Counted from the stretch's first letter, positions 27,596 to 38,144 are shown. The stretch is 44,878 nt of DNA from Bdellovibrionota bacterium (GCA_044356455.1 JBIKWF010000026.1:1-44878), one strand, 5' to 3'. The notes: generated from the sequence alone by a model not told the origin. Numbers and translations: made by a program.

Positions 27596-28708
27596 ATGTC
27601 ATTTGCAGTAGAAGAAGTTGTGTTGCATGTCGTGAGTCTTCCTGCGCGCGAGCCATTTGTCACAAGCTACGGATCCATCGATAGAAAAACCCCCATCATC
27701 ATTGAGCTGCGCGGGAATGGCATTCGAGGGCTCGCGGAAGCCCCAATTCCGCCCTTCCCTTTTTACAGTCACGAGACTACGCAATCGGCGCTTTATCTCC
27801 TGAAGGAATTTGCGATTCCGATGTTCTTCAAAGAAAGGCCTGAGAGTCCTCAGGCGCTCGCTAAAATTCTGAAAAAGATAGTCGGGAATCCCTTTGCGCG
27901 GGGCGGGCTCGAAATGGCGTACTGGGACTTCTGCGCGAAGCAGAAAAATATCCCCCTTTACCGTCTTCTCGGTGGAAAAAGAAACCGCATACCGGCGGGA
28001 GTGAGTATCGGAATCAAGAAGAATCTTGATGAGCTTGTAGATGCAGTTGGGGCTTATCTTGAGAAGCGCTATCACCGCATTAAAATAAAGATTGCCCCCG
28101 GCCACGAGCGTGGTCCGGTCGAGCGGCTCTTCAAGGAATTTCCCCAAATCAAGCTGATGGTTGATGCAAATTCCGCGTATTCCTTAGAGGAAGCCAAGGT
28201 ATTTAAAGAGCTGGATTCTTATCCCCTCTTAATGATTGAGCAGCCCCTGCACGAAACTGATATTTATGAGCACTCGCTACTTCAGCGTGAATTGAAAAAC
28301 CCGATATGCCTTGATGAGAGTATTGAGAGCGTCCTCGATGCCGAAGCGGCCTTGGCCTTAGGCAGTTGCCGCGTCATCAATATCAAGCCAGGCAGAGTCG
28401 GCGGGCTTAGCGAGGCGCTCGCAATCCATGATGCGGCACAGGCACGCGGAGTTCCTGTGTGGTGCGGAGGAATGCTAGAAAGCGGTGTTGGCCGATCTAT
28501 CAACATGGCACTTGCCACGCTTGATAATTTCAAATTTCCCGGAGATATCTCAGAGAGCAAGCGCTACTATCATGAGGACATTGTTGATCCAGAGATTGTG
28601 CTCACCTCTGATGGGTATTTAGAGTTGCAGGAAGGCCCTGGTATCGGCTTCCAGGTGAACGAAAAGCAGCTAGCCAAGCTCACCCTAACCAAGGAAGTAG
28701 TGCGCTGA
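27596..28708 (+). CDS. enolase superfamily o-succinylbenzoate synthase / N-succinylamino acid racemase
   Basis: PFVTSYG, RIKIKI, VDAN, IEQP, LDES, NIKPGRVGG, WCGGMLESGVGR, PGDIS. Confidence 0.92.
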   Translation: MSFAVEEVVLHVVSLPAREPFVTSYGSIDRKTPIIIELRGNGIRGLAEAPIPPFPFYSHETTQSALYLLKEFAIPMFFKERPESPQALAKILKKIVGNPFARGGLEMAYWDFCAKQKNIPLYRLLGGKRNRIPAGVSIGIKKNLDELVDAVGAYLEKRYHRIKIKIAPGHERGPVERLFKEFPQIKLMVDANSAYSLEEAKVFKELDSYPLLMIEQPLHETDIYEHSLLQRELKNPICLDESIESVLDAEAALALGSCRVINIKPGRVGGLSEALAIHDAAQARGVPVWCGGMLESGVGRSINMALATLDNFKFPGDISESKRYYHEDIVDPEIVLTSDGYLELQEGPGIGFQVNEKQLAKLTLTKEVVR

Positions 28709-28737
28709 GGCTGGCTCGTTCTGGATGAACTATGTAC

Positions 28738-28844
28738 TCACCCACAAGGGACGCAAGGAACAGGTTTACCTTGCTCGCTTTAATCGCGCTTTCTTTGCGT
28801 CCTTAGCGTCCTTTGTGGTCCCAGAAAATCTTAAGTAATTTAGG
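28738..28844. repeat. 9-bp-periodic inverted-repeat element (copy B2)
   Basis: CCCACAAGGGACGCAAGG ... GCTTTCTTTGCGTCCTTAGCGTCCTTTGTGGTCC..AAAATCTTAAGTAATTTAGG, homologous to 5944-6058; lies between convergent genes. Confidence 0.78.
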
Positions 28845-28888
28845 CGCATTCCTCTGAAAACCCTTGCGCCTTAACCGAAATATAAAGC

Positions 28889-29812
28889 CTAGAGCTCTTC
28901 GCTCTCCTCTGACATCTCATCTTCGCCCTCTGCAGACCTGTCGCGAGAAGAGAATTTGCGCTCTTCTGCTTCCTGAGCCGTCTTGCAGTCGATGCAAAGC
29001 TGCGCCACGGGGCGGGCCTTGAGGCGCGCTATGGCGATAGTTTCGCCGCACATTTCGCACTCGCCGTAAGTCCCATCGGCAATCTTCTGGATTGCCAAAT
29101 CGATCTTCTTAAGCAAATAGGCTTCGCGTTTTCCGATCTTCTGGAGATTGGCTTGCGTCATTTCAAGAGCCGCAATATCTGCGGCATCGCCGCTTGCCGT
29201 ACTCGTGTCGAGCTGCTGTTCGGACGAGGCGCTCACCTCTTCAAGGTGGCGCATAATTTTGCGCTTCTCCTCATTGAGAAGCTCAGTGAACATCTCAATG
29301 TCTTTTTTCTTAAGCGGGCTCTCAAGGTTGCGCTTAGGGGTGTCGCGGTCCGCCGGGTCGTTTGCGTCGTCGATAGAGGAAGCGCCACGCGAGGCGGCGA
29401 ACTTTGACGCCGAGCTTGCACTCGGAAGAACTTTTGATTCACTACTTTTTGACATGAGACCCTTATTTGCAGACGGCCCTTTAATGCCGCCGTCCTGAAT
29501 TTTTTTCGCGGAAGCAGCACTTTCTTTAGATGCAAGAGACTTCTCTCCCGCACCTTTTTGTTGCGTTAAGCCAGCTTTCACTCGATCCGATTTGTTGAAG
29601 GCCACTTTTCCAGCCGGAGGTACTATCGAGGTCGCTTTCGCCCCAGGCTTTGCTCCCCCAGCTTTTGATCGCAGCGCTGACGATTGAAGAGATGTCTTAC
29701 CAGAGCTTACACTCTTACTGGAAGATGTACTGCTCTTTGTGGGCAAAGATTTTCCAGATTTTGAAGTTGAGCTCGACTTCGACGAAGAAGCTTTACCTTT
29801 TGAACCAGTCAT
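28889..29812 (-). CDS. dksA: DksA/TraR C4 zinc-finger protein with long Ser/Lys-rich N-terminus
   Basis: Coiled-coil tip DAADIA (DxxDxA), GTYGECEMCGETIAIARLKARP.A.LCIDCK. Confidence 0.9.
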   Translation of the reverse strand: MTGSKGKASSSKSSSTSKSGKSLPTKSSTSSSKSVSSGKTSLQSSALRSKAGGAKPGAKATSIVPPAGKVAFNKSDRVKAGLTQQKGAGEKSLASKESAASAKKIQDGGIKGPSANKGLMSKSSESKVLPSASSASKFAASRGASSIDDANDPADRDTPKRNLESPLKKKDIEMFTELLNEEKRKIMRHLEEVSASSEQQLDTSTASGDAADIAALEMTQANLQKIGKREAYLLKKIDLAIQKIADGTYGECEMCGETIAIARLKARPVAQLCIDCKTAQEAEERKFSSRDRSAEGEDEMSEESEEL

Positions 29813-30063
29813 GTGAGCGACCCCACTTGTTAAGTTTCAATAGTTACGAATGAACGGTGTAAAAGCACACGCCGATAATTTCAGTTTTCCCCAGCGCAGC
29901 TTTTGCCAAGGACCGAACTCTCTCTCCCCACGCAGTCTTCTACGCAGCTTCGGTCGAAAAAGGCGCCCCAGTCTATCTTTGACCGCTTGAAAGGCGCAAG
30001 GATAATCCCACGAGGAATTAACAGAAAATGGCCAGGGTTCAGGTAGTTAGGGTCATCATCGGG

Positions 30064-30093
30064 TTGACAGCACAAAAGGTTGCCTCCTACACT
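30064..30093 (+). promoter_or_regulatory. putative sigma70 promoter of the carboxylase operon
   Basis: TTGACA-N18-TACACT about 220 nt upstream of the pccB-like start. Confidence 0.5.
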
Positions 30094-30314
30094 CGGTGCG
30101 CAAGCTACTCGAGGAGCTTAGCTTCTTGAAGGTTTTCCCCGAGAGAGTCATTACGGCTGACTTTTGGGTGACTCCCGGGCAACTCCCCTCTGGAGGGGTT
30201 CCCAATTGGACCTTTAGGTTTCTTCGGAGCAGCCCTCTCGACTGAAATGCTCGTCACTCGTAGGGTATCCAGAGAGCGAGAGAGGTCAGTTTTCTAGCCA
30301 AGGCGGTTCTCATC

Positions 30315-31934
30315 ATGAACGAAAAGCCCATCCCCACTAATAAAGCTTCGGCGCCTGTGGCGGGCGCTTCTTTGCCTTCCCCAAGTTCAGCAGTTGCAGA
30401 ACTCCATGCACGCTTATCTAAGGCTGAGGAGGGCGGCGGCCGCGAGCGCGTAGAGAAGCATCACGCGCAAGGAAAGCTCACCGCAAGGGAGCGCATCCTG
30501 GCGCTTCTCGACCCTGGAAGTTTCCATGAGATCGATAAACTGGTTACCCATACCTGCACTAATTTCGGTCTTGCAGACAAAAAATTTTATGGAGATGGCG
30601 TCGTTACGGGGTCCGGTCTGATTAACGGCCGGCAGGTTTTTGTTTTTGCGCAAGATTTCACCGTCTTTGGAGGCTCTCTCTCGGCCGCTCACGCGCGCAA
30701 AATATGTAAAATCATGGATCTTGCCGAACGGATGGGCTGCCCGCTCATTGGGCTTAACGACTCTGGCGGGGCAAGAATCCAGGAAGGAGTTCAGAGTCTT
30801 GCAGGGTACGCGGATATTTTCTTGAAAAATACCCTCCTCTCCGGGGTCATTCCGCAGGTTTCTCTCGTGCTTGGGCCTTGTGCGGGAGGGGCGGTGTACT
30901 CTCCTGCCATTACCGACTTTATTCTCATGGTGGACCGCGAGAGCCACATGTTCATCACGGGCCCCGATGTCATAAAAACCGTGACCAAAGAAGAAGTCTC
31001 TAAGGAGGCTCTGGGAGGAGCTGCTACTCACAACGCGGTCAGTGGCGTTGCTCATTTTATGAGCTCAAGTGAGGCGGAGTGCTTGAAACTATGCCGTGAA
31101 CTGATGGGCTATTTGCCGTCCAATAATGTTGATGGAGCCCCTCGGCAGCCGTGTGGAGACTTGCCTCAGCGACTGGCTCCCGAACTAGACGATGCGGTGC
31201 CCGCTGCGCCGAACCGGCCCTACGACATGCGAACCATCATCCGCGCAGTTGCTGACGGCACGATTTTCTTCGAAGTTCAGCCGCTTTTTGCCCCGAACAT
31301 GCTAATCGGGTTTATTCGCCTTGATGGCTATTCGGTAGGCGTAGTGGCAAATCAACCTAACGCACTTGCGGGCTGCCTCGATATTAATGCAAGCGTCAAG
31401 GCGGCACGCTTTGTGCGCTTTTGCGACGCTTTTAATATCCCGCTGCTCACCTTGGTTGATGTCCCAGGTTTCTTGCCAGGAGTAGCGCAAGAGCATGGCG
31501 GGATTATTCGGCATGGCGCAAAACTCTTGTATGCCTTTGCCGAGGCTACGGTTCCCAAAGTTACCGTCATTACTCGCAAGGCCTACGGCGGCGCGTATGA
31601 CGTGATGGCGTCCAAGCATATTCGCGCGGACTTCAATTTTGCCTATCCTACGGCGGAGGTTGCCGTGATGGGGCCAGAGGGCGCTGTCAGCATTATTTTC
31701 AGGAACGAAATCGAGGCGGCCACTCGCGAAGGCAAGGGAGCCGAGGTGCGAGCAAAGTTGATTTCAGAGTACCGCGAGCGTTTCGCGAATCCCTGGGAGG
31801 TTGCAGAACTTGGCTTCGTTGATGCGGTAATTACTCCCCGTGAGACGAGGCCGACACTGATTGATGCGTTTGAGACCCTGCGCGGAAAGCGGCAGGTAAA
31901 CCCTAAAAAGAAACACGGGAATATTCCACTCTAG
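30315..31934 (+). CDS. pccB: acyl-CoA (propionyl-CoA/methylmalonyl-CoA) carboxyltransferase subunit
   Basis: [53 protein letters not shown]. Confidence 0.93.
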   Translation: MNEKPIPTNKASAPVAGASLPSPSSAVAELHARLSKAEEGGGRERVEKHHAQGKLTARERILALLDPGSFHEIDKLVTHTCTNFGLADKKFYGDGVVTGSGLINGRQVFVFAQDFTVFGGSLSAAHARKICKIMDLAERMGCPLIGLNDSGGARIQEGVQSLAGYADIFLKNTLLSGVIPQVSLVLGPCAGGAVYSPAITDFILMVDRESHMFITGPDVIKTVTKEEVSKEALGGAATHNAVSGVAHFMSSSEAECLKLCRELMGYLPSNNVDGAPRQPCGDLPQRLAPELDDAVPAAPNRPYDMRTIIRAVADGTIFFEVQPLFAPNMLIGFIRLDGYSVGVVANQPNALAGCLDINASVKAARFVRFCDAFNIPLLTLVDVPGFLPGVAQEHGGIIRHGAKLLYAFAEATVPKVTVITRKAYGGAYDVMASKHIRADFNFAYPTAEVAVMGPEGAVSIIFRNEIEAATREGKGAEVRAKLISEYRERFANPWEVAELGFVDAVITPRETRPTLIDAFETLRGKRQVNPKKKHGNIPL

Positions 31935-31936
31935 AT

Positions 31937-32221
31937 ATGAAATCGCAGCCCGTTCAAAGTTCCAACGCTCCGGCCCACTGTGTCTCTGACTATGGTGTGG
32001 AACTTGGAGAAGCAGCAGTGCCGTTTGTTATTGCCTATGACCTCTCTGCGAGCCCCTCGGAAGTCTCTTCCTCAGAGAGTCTCACCGACGAGGAAGCCGC
32101 CGCGGTGGGGCTGGCGCTTCTTCACAGTCTTACGGGCAATCGGCGCCGGGGGGATTTTTCTAATGGAAATTCCCTTTGGAATTCAGAGGCCAGGGCCGAA
32201 ATGACGCGTCAGCGCAGGTAA
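31937..32221 (+). CDS. small acyl-CoA carboxylase accessory subunit (epsilon-like)
   Basis: Starts 2 nt after pccB; LTDEEAAAVGLAL...SLW..AR pattern and position between the carboxyltransferase and BCCP. Confidence 0.6.
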   Translation: MKSQPVQSSNAPAHCVSDYGVELGEAAVPFVIAYDLSASPSEVSSSESLTDEEAAAVGLALLHSLTGNRRRGDFSNGNSLWNSEARAEMTRQRR

Positions 32222-32247
32222 CAGTTCTATGCGAGAGAGAGGTACTA

Positions 32248-32760
32248 ATGTCATCGCTTCCTAGATACACGGTCACAGTGAATGGCAAGACGGTCGAAGC
32301 GACCCTGTGCCGGCTTGGCGCTGAAAGCGTTGATTTCGAGGTGAATGGGAAACCCTATCAAGTTTCACTTGGGATCTCGTTCCTGCCTTCGGGCTCGTCG
32401 CCAGCGCAGCTTTCGGGCCCAGCGGCTTCCATCCCGCCCCAGCTCCAAGTAGTTCCTCCCAAAACATCGCCTAGTTCTGCGCTGGGTGACGGGAATATCC
32501 GAGCGCCCATGCCAGGTATTGTTGTCTCTGTTCTTGTAAAGGAAAACGACACGATTACGGCAGGGCAAACGGTTGCGGTCATTGAAGCCATGAAAATGGA
32601 GAATAACATCGCCTCACCAGTTTCAGGGATTGTGGGGTCCATAGGGGTACAGCCCGGTAAGGAGGTTGAGCTTGGGCAAATTCTTATTTCCCTGGCGCAG
32701 AACTCGGCTACAAAAAAATCTGAAGACGCAGGCGCCATCAAGATAAAGGGAGCGGCATGA
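32248..32760 (+). CDS. biotin carboxyl carrier protein
   Basis: APMPGIVV...IEAMKMENNI biotinylation motif; start ATG 32248 with GAGAGG SD. Confidence 0.93.
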   Translation: MSSLPRYTVTVNGKTVEATLCRLGAESVDFEVNGKPYQVSLGISFLPSGSSPAQLSGPAASIPPQLQVVPPKTSPSSALGDGNIRAPMPGIVVSVLVKENDTITAGQTVAVIEAMKMENNIASPVSGIVGSIGVQPGKEVELGQILISLAQNSATKKSEDAGAIKIKGAA

Positions 32761-32770
32761 AGTTCGAGGA

Positions 32771-34843
32771 GTGAACCGTATCATGCCACTTGTCATAAAA
32801 TTACTTCTTTGTGCCCTCAGCGCCGCTTCCTTGCTCATCGTGGGCTCGCACGCCTTAATTGGAAGTTTGAGCGTAGAGCAGGCTGTTCTCTTTATTTCCA
32901 TGGGTGGTCTCTCGCTGCTCTCCCCCCGCGCGGGTGTTCTGTCTCTGCTTTTTTTGAGCCCCATTCTTGGAAATCGCCCGGGCACCTTCCAAGTTGAACT
33001 TCTGCTCTCGCTCTCTCTCGGCTTTCAGCTCGGCACGACTCCGCATCTGTGGCGAGCTCAGGAACTTCCAGGCGCGCTCAAAGGTTCTCGCGGAATGCTT
33101 CTGCTGCTCGCCTATTGTGCGGTTTCAGTCCTTAGTCTTTCCGGTGTGCCCGTTACTGACTGGATACGGGAAGTGTATGTGAGCTCTCCCAGACTCTTGG
33201 ATGGGGCCGCGTTCCCCTACCTGATTCATAGCTGGAGCACGAGCGTGGAGAACCGCCTCCCTTACCTTCTGCTCTCCGTGTTTTGGACACTACTTAGCTT
33301 ACAGGCGGCGCTTGCAATTTTCCAAATGGTGCGAAAGCAGCCCCGATCCTCCGAGGCGGTTTTGGGGGTAGTGAGCGCGTCGGTGCTTTGCGCCCTTATC
33401 GCAGGCATTCTCGATTACTACGGTGTGATTGACCTACGAGCCTTGAGGGCCCTGGACCCTGTGGTGAACCCCGACAACGTGCAATTTCGCCTTCAATCTT
33501 GGTTTGGGCATTCCGGGTGGTTTGCTGAATTTGTTACGCTAGCCATCCCCTCCAGCATGGTGCTCCTGCGCTGCCCTTTTTCATTCAGAATACGCGTGGC
33601 ACTGCTTATGGCGCTGCTTCTGCTTGGAGAGTTTGCGCTTATTCTGACGTTCCAGCGTGGTGGATGGCTTTCTTACCCGCTTACACTTTTCGTGGTGTGG
33701 GCCGCAATCTATGTGACACGCAGACTTGAGCGCGGAGATGCATCCGTGGCCGAGGCGCTGAGGAAATCAATCTTGAAAATTGTGGTCAGTTTACCGCTTA
33801 CGGTGGTGCTTAGTTTCGCTCTCCTCACGCTGCTGGGCAGGCTCCACGCCGTCGGCGTTTCAGGTAATTCTGATCTTTCTTTGTATTTGGGGCGTGCGAA
33901 GGATATCTCAAAGGCGAGCGACCGAACTGAATTTATGCATGCGGGTTTTCTGCTCGGCAGCGAGCGCCCGGTGCTCGGGGGAGGAAGTGAGTCGTTTGCT
34001 TACCACTTTGAGAGAGAGTTCGAGAATCCCGCAGGGGCTTTCGCAGGACGCATTTCACTACCTCTCCACGGAACTGCGCATAATGTGTACGCCCAAACGT
34101 TTTCAGGGAAAGGCTTGGTGGGGCTGGGGCTACTCCTTGCCATGCTCGCCTTTCTGATCGTCTCGCCCGTGCGAACCGTGCTCTCAGACAATACGCTGTC
34201 GCAAGGCAAGAGAGTTGTACTTCTTAGCTGCGCCGCTACGGGCGCGGCCTTCGCCATCTATGGCAATGTTCAAGAGGTTTTCTATGTTCAGAGCCTGCAG
34301 TACCTATTCTTTTGCCTCTTCGCCACGGCCTCAGCGCTTCTTGCGCCAGGAGGCGAACACCAGGGGGCGAGATTCTCGCGCACCCTCAGTGGCATTCTTT
34401 GCTTTGGGTTCTTGGCTCAGATCGTTTGGATGTACGCGGTCCCCGCAAAGGCGCGCAATCGCCCTGCGGCATTTGAGCGTTTTGGTTGCTACGCCCCCGA
34501 GACGGATAGCCGAGGGAGTTTTCAGTGGTGCGGACCGCGCGGAATGCAAGTGTTTCCGGTTGAAATTGACGCTGGGGGCCAGCGCACCGTGCGCTTTTCG
34601 GTGGAAGGCCCCCCCGGCGCAGAACGCGTTGAAGTCGGTGCCCTGATCCTGTCTTCTGAGCAAGGGGCAAGGCTTGGCGAATGGCGCGTGGAACCCGGCA
34701 AGGAAGTTCAGGTTTCTATCGCGGTGCCCGAAGAGGTTTCGGAGCTGCTTATCCGTCACGAGATTGGAACGGGACTACTCCCAAAGCGAGATCTCGCTCC
34801 CAGTGACGATGGTAGATTTCTCTCGTATAAGCTCAGGCGTTAG
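32771..34843 (+). CDS. O-antigen ligase (Wzy_C) family polytopic membrane protein
   Basis: Many TM helices; RLQSWFGHSG, LTFQRGGW, PVLGGG, TAHNVYAQ.F..G.VG; soluble C-terminal domain. Confidence 0.85.
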   Translation: MNRIMPLVIKLLLCALSAASLLIVGSHALIGSLSVEQAVLFISMGGLSLLSPRAGVLSLLFLSPILGNRPGTFQVELLLSLSLGFQLGTTPHLWRAQELPGALKGSRGMLLLLAYCAVSVLSLSGVPVTDWIREVYVSSPRLLDGAAFPYLIHSWSTSVENRLPYLLLSVFWTLLSLQAALAIFQMVRKQPRSSEAVLGVVSASVLCALIAGILDYYGVIDLRALRALDPVVNPDNVQFRLQSWFGHSGWFAEFVTLAIPSSMVLLRCPFSFRIRVALLMALLLLGEFALILTFQRGGWLSYPLTLFVVWAAIYVTRRLERGDASVAEALRKSILKIVVSLPLTVVLSFALLTLLGRLHAVGVSGNSDLSLYLGRAKDISKASDRTEFMHAGFLLGSERPVLGGGSESFAYHFEREFENPAGAFAGRISLPLHGTAHNVYAQTFSGKGLVGLGLLLAMLAFLIVSPVRTVLSDNTLSQGKRVVLLSCAATGAAFAIYGNVQEVFYVQSLQYLFFCLFATASALLAPGGEHQGARFSRTLSGILCFGFLAQIVWMYAVPAKARNRPAAFERFGCYAPETDSRGSFQWCGPRGMQVFPVEIDAGGQRTVRFSVEGPPGAERVEVGALILSSEQGARLGEWRVEPGKEVQVSIAVPEEVSELLIRHEIGTGLLPKRDLAPSDDGRFLSYKLRR

Positions 34844-35187
34844 GCGCCCTTGACCTTCGAGGCTTCTTTCTTGAATTCTTCGACCTCAGTTTTGAATGAT
34901 TCAAGATGAGCAGTGGCCTCGGTGATGTTCCCGGATTTCCCCGCCATCTCAATTTGGAACGCTGAGCGATAGGCGCGCATTCCGCCAAGGTTGCCGAGAG
35001 CGCTCTTCATGGAGTGCGCAAGGTGCTGAACCTCCGAGGCCGCTTGACGGCGGCAAGCGTCTTCAAGGTTCGCGACGCTCGTGGGCCAGTCATCAAAGAA
35101 CATAGTTACCAACTCGGCAAAAAGCTCCACGTCATCGTCCACGCGCTGCATGGCTTCTTCTTTGTTAAATACTTGGTCAGTAGTCAT
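34840..35187 (-). CDS. standalone Hpt (histidine phosphotransfer) protein
   Basis: AHSMKSALGNLG motif in a 115-aa helical protein. Confidence 0.9.
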   Translation of the reverse strand: MTTDQVFNKEEAMQRVDDDVELFAELVTMFFDDWPTSVANLEDACRRQAASEVQHLAHSMKSALGNLGGMRAYRSAFQIEMAGKSGNITEATAHLESFKTEVEEFKKEASKVKGA

Positions 35188-35210
35188 GTCGAATTCCCTT
35201 ATGCGTATTC

Positions 35211-36437
35211 CTATTTCAACAACTCGCGCGCGATGACCACGCGCTGAATTTGACTGGTGCCCTCATAAATCTGGAGAAGCTTCGCATCCCGCATCAACTT
35301 CTCTACCGGATAGTCCTTGGTGTAACCATACCCCCCAAAGATCTGTACCGCGTCGGTAGCAATGCGCATGGCGGCATCCGCCGTGAACCGCTTTGCCATA
35401 CTAGACTCGAGGGAGGCTGAACGCTTTGCATCGAGCAACCTGGCGGACTGAAGAGTGAGATGTCTGCCGGCTTCAAGGTCCGTGTACATATCGGCAAGCA
35501 TGGCCTGGATGGCCTGAAAGGAGCCTATGGTTTGACCAAATTGCTTTCGTTCGCCGGCATAGCGGCGCGCATGCTCAAAGGCCGCTCTTCCTATTCCTAG
35601 AGCGATACTGGCCGTGAGCGGACGGCTAAGATCGAGAGTTCGCATCGCAATAGAGAACCCCTCCCCTTCTTTGCCTATGAGGTGATCGGCGGGCACTCGG
35701 ACGTTATCAAAGCTAATGCGTACCGTATTCGAGCAGCGTTGTCCCATCTTGTTTTCGTGATGGCCCTTGGTAATTCCAGGGCTTGAGGCAGGTACCGCAA
35801 AGCAGCAGATTCCTCGGTGCTTCGCCGCGCGGTTGGCATTCGCAAAAACCGTATACTGAGTGGCGACCCCGCCGTTAGTGATCCACTGCTTGGTGCCGTT
35901 GATAACCCAGGAGCCATCAGGTTCTTTAGTTGCCGTCGTCGTAATGCCCCCCGCGTCACTTCCTGCTCCAGGTTCCGTGAGACAAAAGGAAGCGAGGAGT
36001 CCCTTTTGGGCAATCGGAAGGATAAAGCGTTCATGCTGGGCTGAAGTTCCGCCTAAGAGGATGGGCGTGAGAGCGAGATCGTTTGCTACCATGGAGGTTC
36101 CAACTCCGGAGCATCCCACCGCAATCTCTTCTGTTACCAAGCACGCATCGTGTGTGGACAGTCCAGAACCGCCAACTTCGGCCGGTTGAATAAGGTTCAT
36201 CAGCCCCAGGGCATGCGCCCTTTTAATAATCTCGCCAGGGAACTCAGATTTTTCGTCAAGCTCCGCCGCGCGGGGCGCAATTTGCTCCGCCGCAAAGCTG
36301 CGCGCCATTTCCTTGAGGGTGCTTTGCTCTTCGGTGAGTCCAAACGATTCATTGGAAAGATAATGAGGCACTGAAACTCCCTCTAATCCATTACTGAACG
36401 CGCTGCCATTCATCGAGCCGTGCTCATACCGATGCAC
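35211..36437 (-). CDS. acyl-CoA dehydrogenase
   Basis: [44 protein letters not shown]; start uncertain (GTG 36437 or ATG 36413). Confidence 0.95.
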   Translation of the reverse strand: MHRYEHGSMNGSAFSNGLEGVSVPHYLSNESFGLTEEQSTLKEMARSFAAEQIAPRAAELDEKSEFPGEIIKRAHALGLMNLIQPAEVGGSGLSTHDACLVTEEIAVGCSGVGTSMVANDLALTPILLGGTSAQHERFILPIAQKGLLASFCLTEPGAGSDAGGITTTATKEPDGSWVINGTKQWITNGGVATQYTVFANANRAAKHRGICCFAVPASSPGITKGHHENKMGQRCSNTVRISFDNVRVPADHLIGKEGEGFSIAMRTLDLSRPLTASIALGIGRAAFEHARRYAGERKQFGQTIGSFQAIQAMLADMYTDLEAGRHLTLQSARLLDAKRSASLESSMAKRFTADAAMRIATDAVQIFGGYGYTKDYPVEKLMRDAKLLQIYEGTSQIQRVVIARELLK

Positions 36438-36629
36438 TTCCCCTGAGTAAGACTATCGGCACGTGCGCTAATAAGCTGCGGGTGGCCCAAGCGCGAAGCC
36501 CCCTCTATTACACTAGGTCTATCGACGGACTTAAGATTTCGGTCAAGGGAAATTCGCTTAGGCTCAGGTCTCATTGGATAAAGAGTCCTCTCTTAGAATG
36601 AGCCTTGAGCGCAAAGGAAACGGCATCTC

Positions 36630-36673
36630 AAAAGAGAAGGGCCTCACCTAGGAACATCCTAGGTGAGGCCCTT
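36630..36673 (-). terminator. intrinsic terminator after the IclR gene
   Basis: Perfect 16-bp stem AAGGGCCTCACCTAGG-aacat-CCTAGGTGAGGCCCTT followed on the minus strand by CTCTTTT. Confidence 0.75.
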
Positions 36674-36705
36674 GATGGAGCTCACTAGTAAGGACAAAGG
36701 GGCCC

Positions 36706-37584
36706 TTACTTTGCTGACGTATTGCTTGCTCCAGAGGTGGCAACTGAGCTCGCCATGGAAAGATGAGAACTTCCCGAGGTGCTGCTCGTTCCGGTTGAGA
36801 TCTCTTTCTCAAGCGAAGAAGCAAGGGTGGTAGACATTCCAAGCTTCAATGAACCAAGGGCAGACGAAAGTGTGGAGGCAGTCTCTTCAATGACAGGCAG
36901 GAGATTCTCTACCTTCGCACGATACTGCGGCACCAAGATTTCAATCGCACCACAGACCTCGTTGCCGTAGCTGCGAACTACTTTGCAGATGGAGACTACA
37001 TCGGCCTCAATGGCTCCACGATCAATGATGGTACCCGAGTTGCGAAGCTCCGTAAGCTGACTACGTACCGCTGCGTCCTGAGGGGAATTCCCCGCAAGAA
37101 TCTCGTTCATCACAGCGTCTGGAAGCTGAGCAATAAGGAGCCTGCCCGCGGCATTTTGTTTGCCCGAGAACGACACCGCGACACGTGGCGAAACTTTCAC
37201 CGCCTTTCTAGCTTCAAAGCTGAGAGGAAACTGCACCTGTCCGTTTTGAAGGATGGCGAGGCTCACGGTCTCACCAAGCTGCTCCGAAAGCGCTTTGAGA
37301 ATCGGTGCTGCCCGGCTCACGAGCTTGCTCTGCATGAGGTAGGATTGCCCGAGCTGTAAAGCTTTTACACCAAGACGATAATCCTCAGTATCTCTGTTTT
37401 GCTCTACGTAACCGCGTAGCTCGAGAGTCGCAAGGAGCCGAAACACGTTATTTTTGTGGAGCTTGAGTCTCTTTGAGAGCTCAGTTACGCCAACTTCACC
37501 CGCCGCTTTTGCGAGCTCCTCAAGAACATCCAGAGCATGCGAAACCGATTGAATCATGTAGTTGGCTTTCTCTCTTTTCACCAT
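36706..37584 (-). CDS. IclR family transcriptional regulator
   Basis: IQSVSHALDVLE..GVTELSKRLKLHKNNVFRLLATLE.RGYVEQ...YRLG HTH, GETV effector domain, Ser-rich tail. Confidence 0.93.
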   Translation of the reverse strand: MVKREKANYMIQSVSHALDVLEELAKAAGEVGVTELSKRLKLHKNNVFRLLATLELRGYVEQNRDTEDYRLGVKALQLGQSYLMQSKLVSRAAPILKALSEQLGETVSLAILQNGQVQFPLSFEARKAVKVSPRVAVSFSGKQNAAGRLLIAQLPDAVMNEILAGNSPQDAAVRSQLTELRNSGTIIDRGAIEADVVSICKVVRSYGNEVCGAIEILVPQYRAKVENLLPVIEETASTLSSALGSLKLGMSTTLASSLEKEISTGTSSTSGSSHLSMASSVATSGASNTSAK

Positions 37585-38144
37585 AGCTCCCCCGAAAATC
37601 CTTTTTATTTTCGACCGCTCCTCGGCCTATGCCGAAGCGCTTCGCTCATCCTCTACGCGCTTCGGTGCAAATCCGAGAACGCGTGAATGACGCATTAAAA
37701 TTTAAAGACCAAATTCAAACTTCGTATCAATTCGAGTCTTGCTAAAACCCGAAAGCGATACGCTCCACACACTCAACAGCTTGTGCGAGCTAAGCTCCCA
37801 CAAGGTAAATCTGAAGCTGCTGTAGACTTACCGCTGCTGTAGACTTAGCACAGCATCGGGAGCCCCCCACAAGACCCAAAATCTCTCAAAAAAACAGAAG
37901 TTACAGGGAGTTAATGAGAGATTTTCTTGGATGCCTTATGGCGTTCATAACAGGCAGGTACTCAAAAAGCAACCCGTATTTTAGTAGCTTGTCTAGTATT
38001 ACCGATGGGTTGTGTCCTATCTCGCAAATTGAAGGAGGGAGCGTCCAGTCACGCGCCGATCAGGAGGCGAGAAGCGCCGTGTACGAGCTGGAGGCATGAA
38101 GACTACGGGGGCGCTCTAATATCGTGGCGCCTCAGCCGCGTTTT

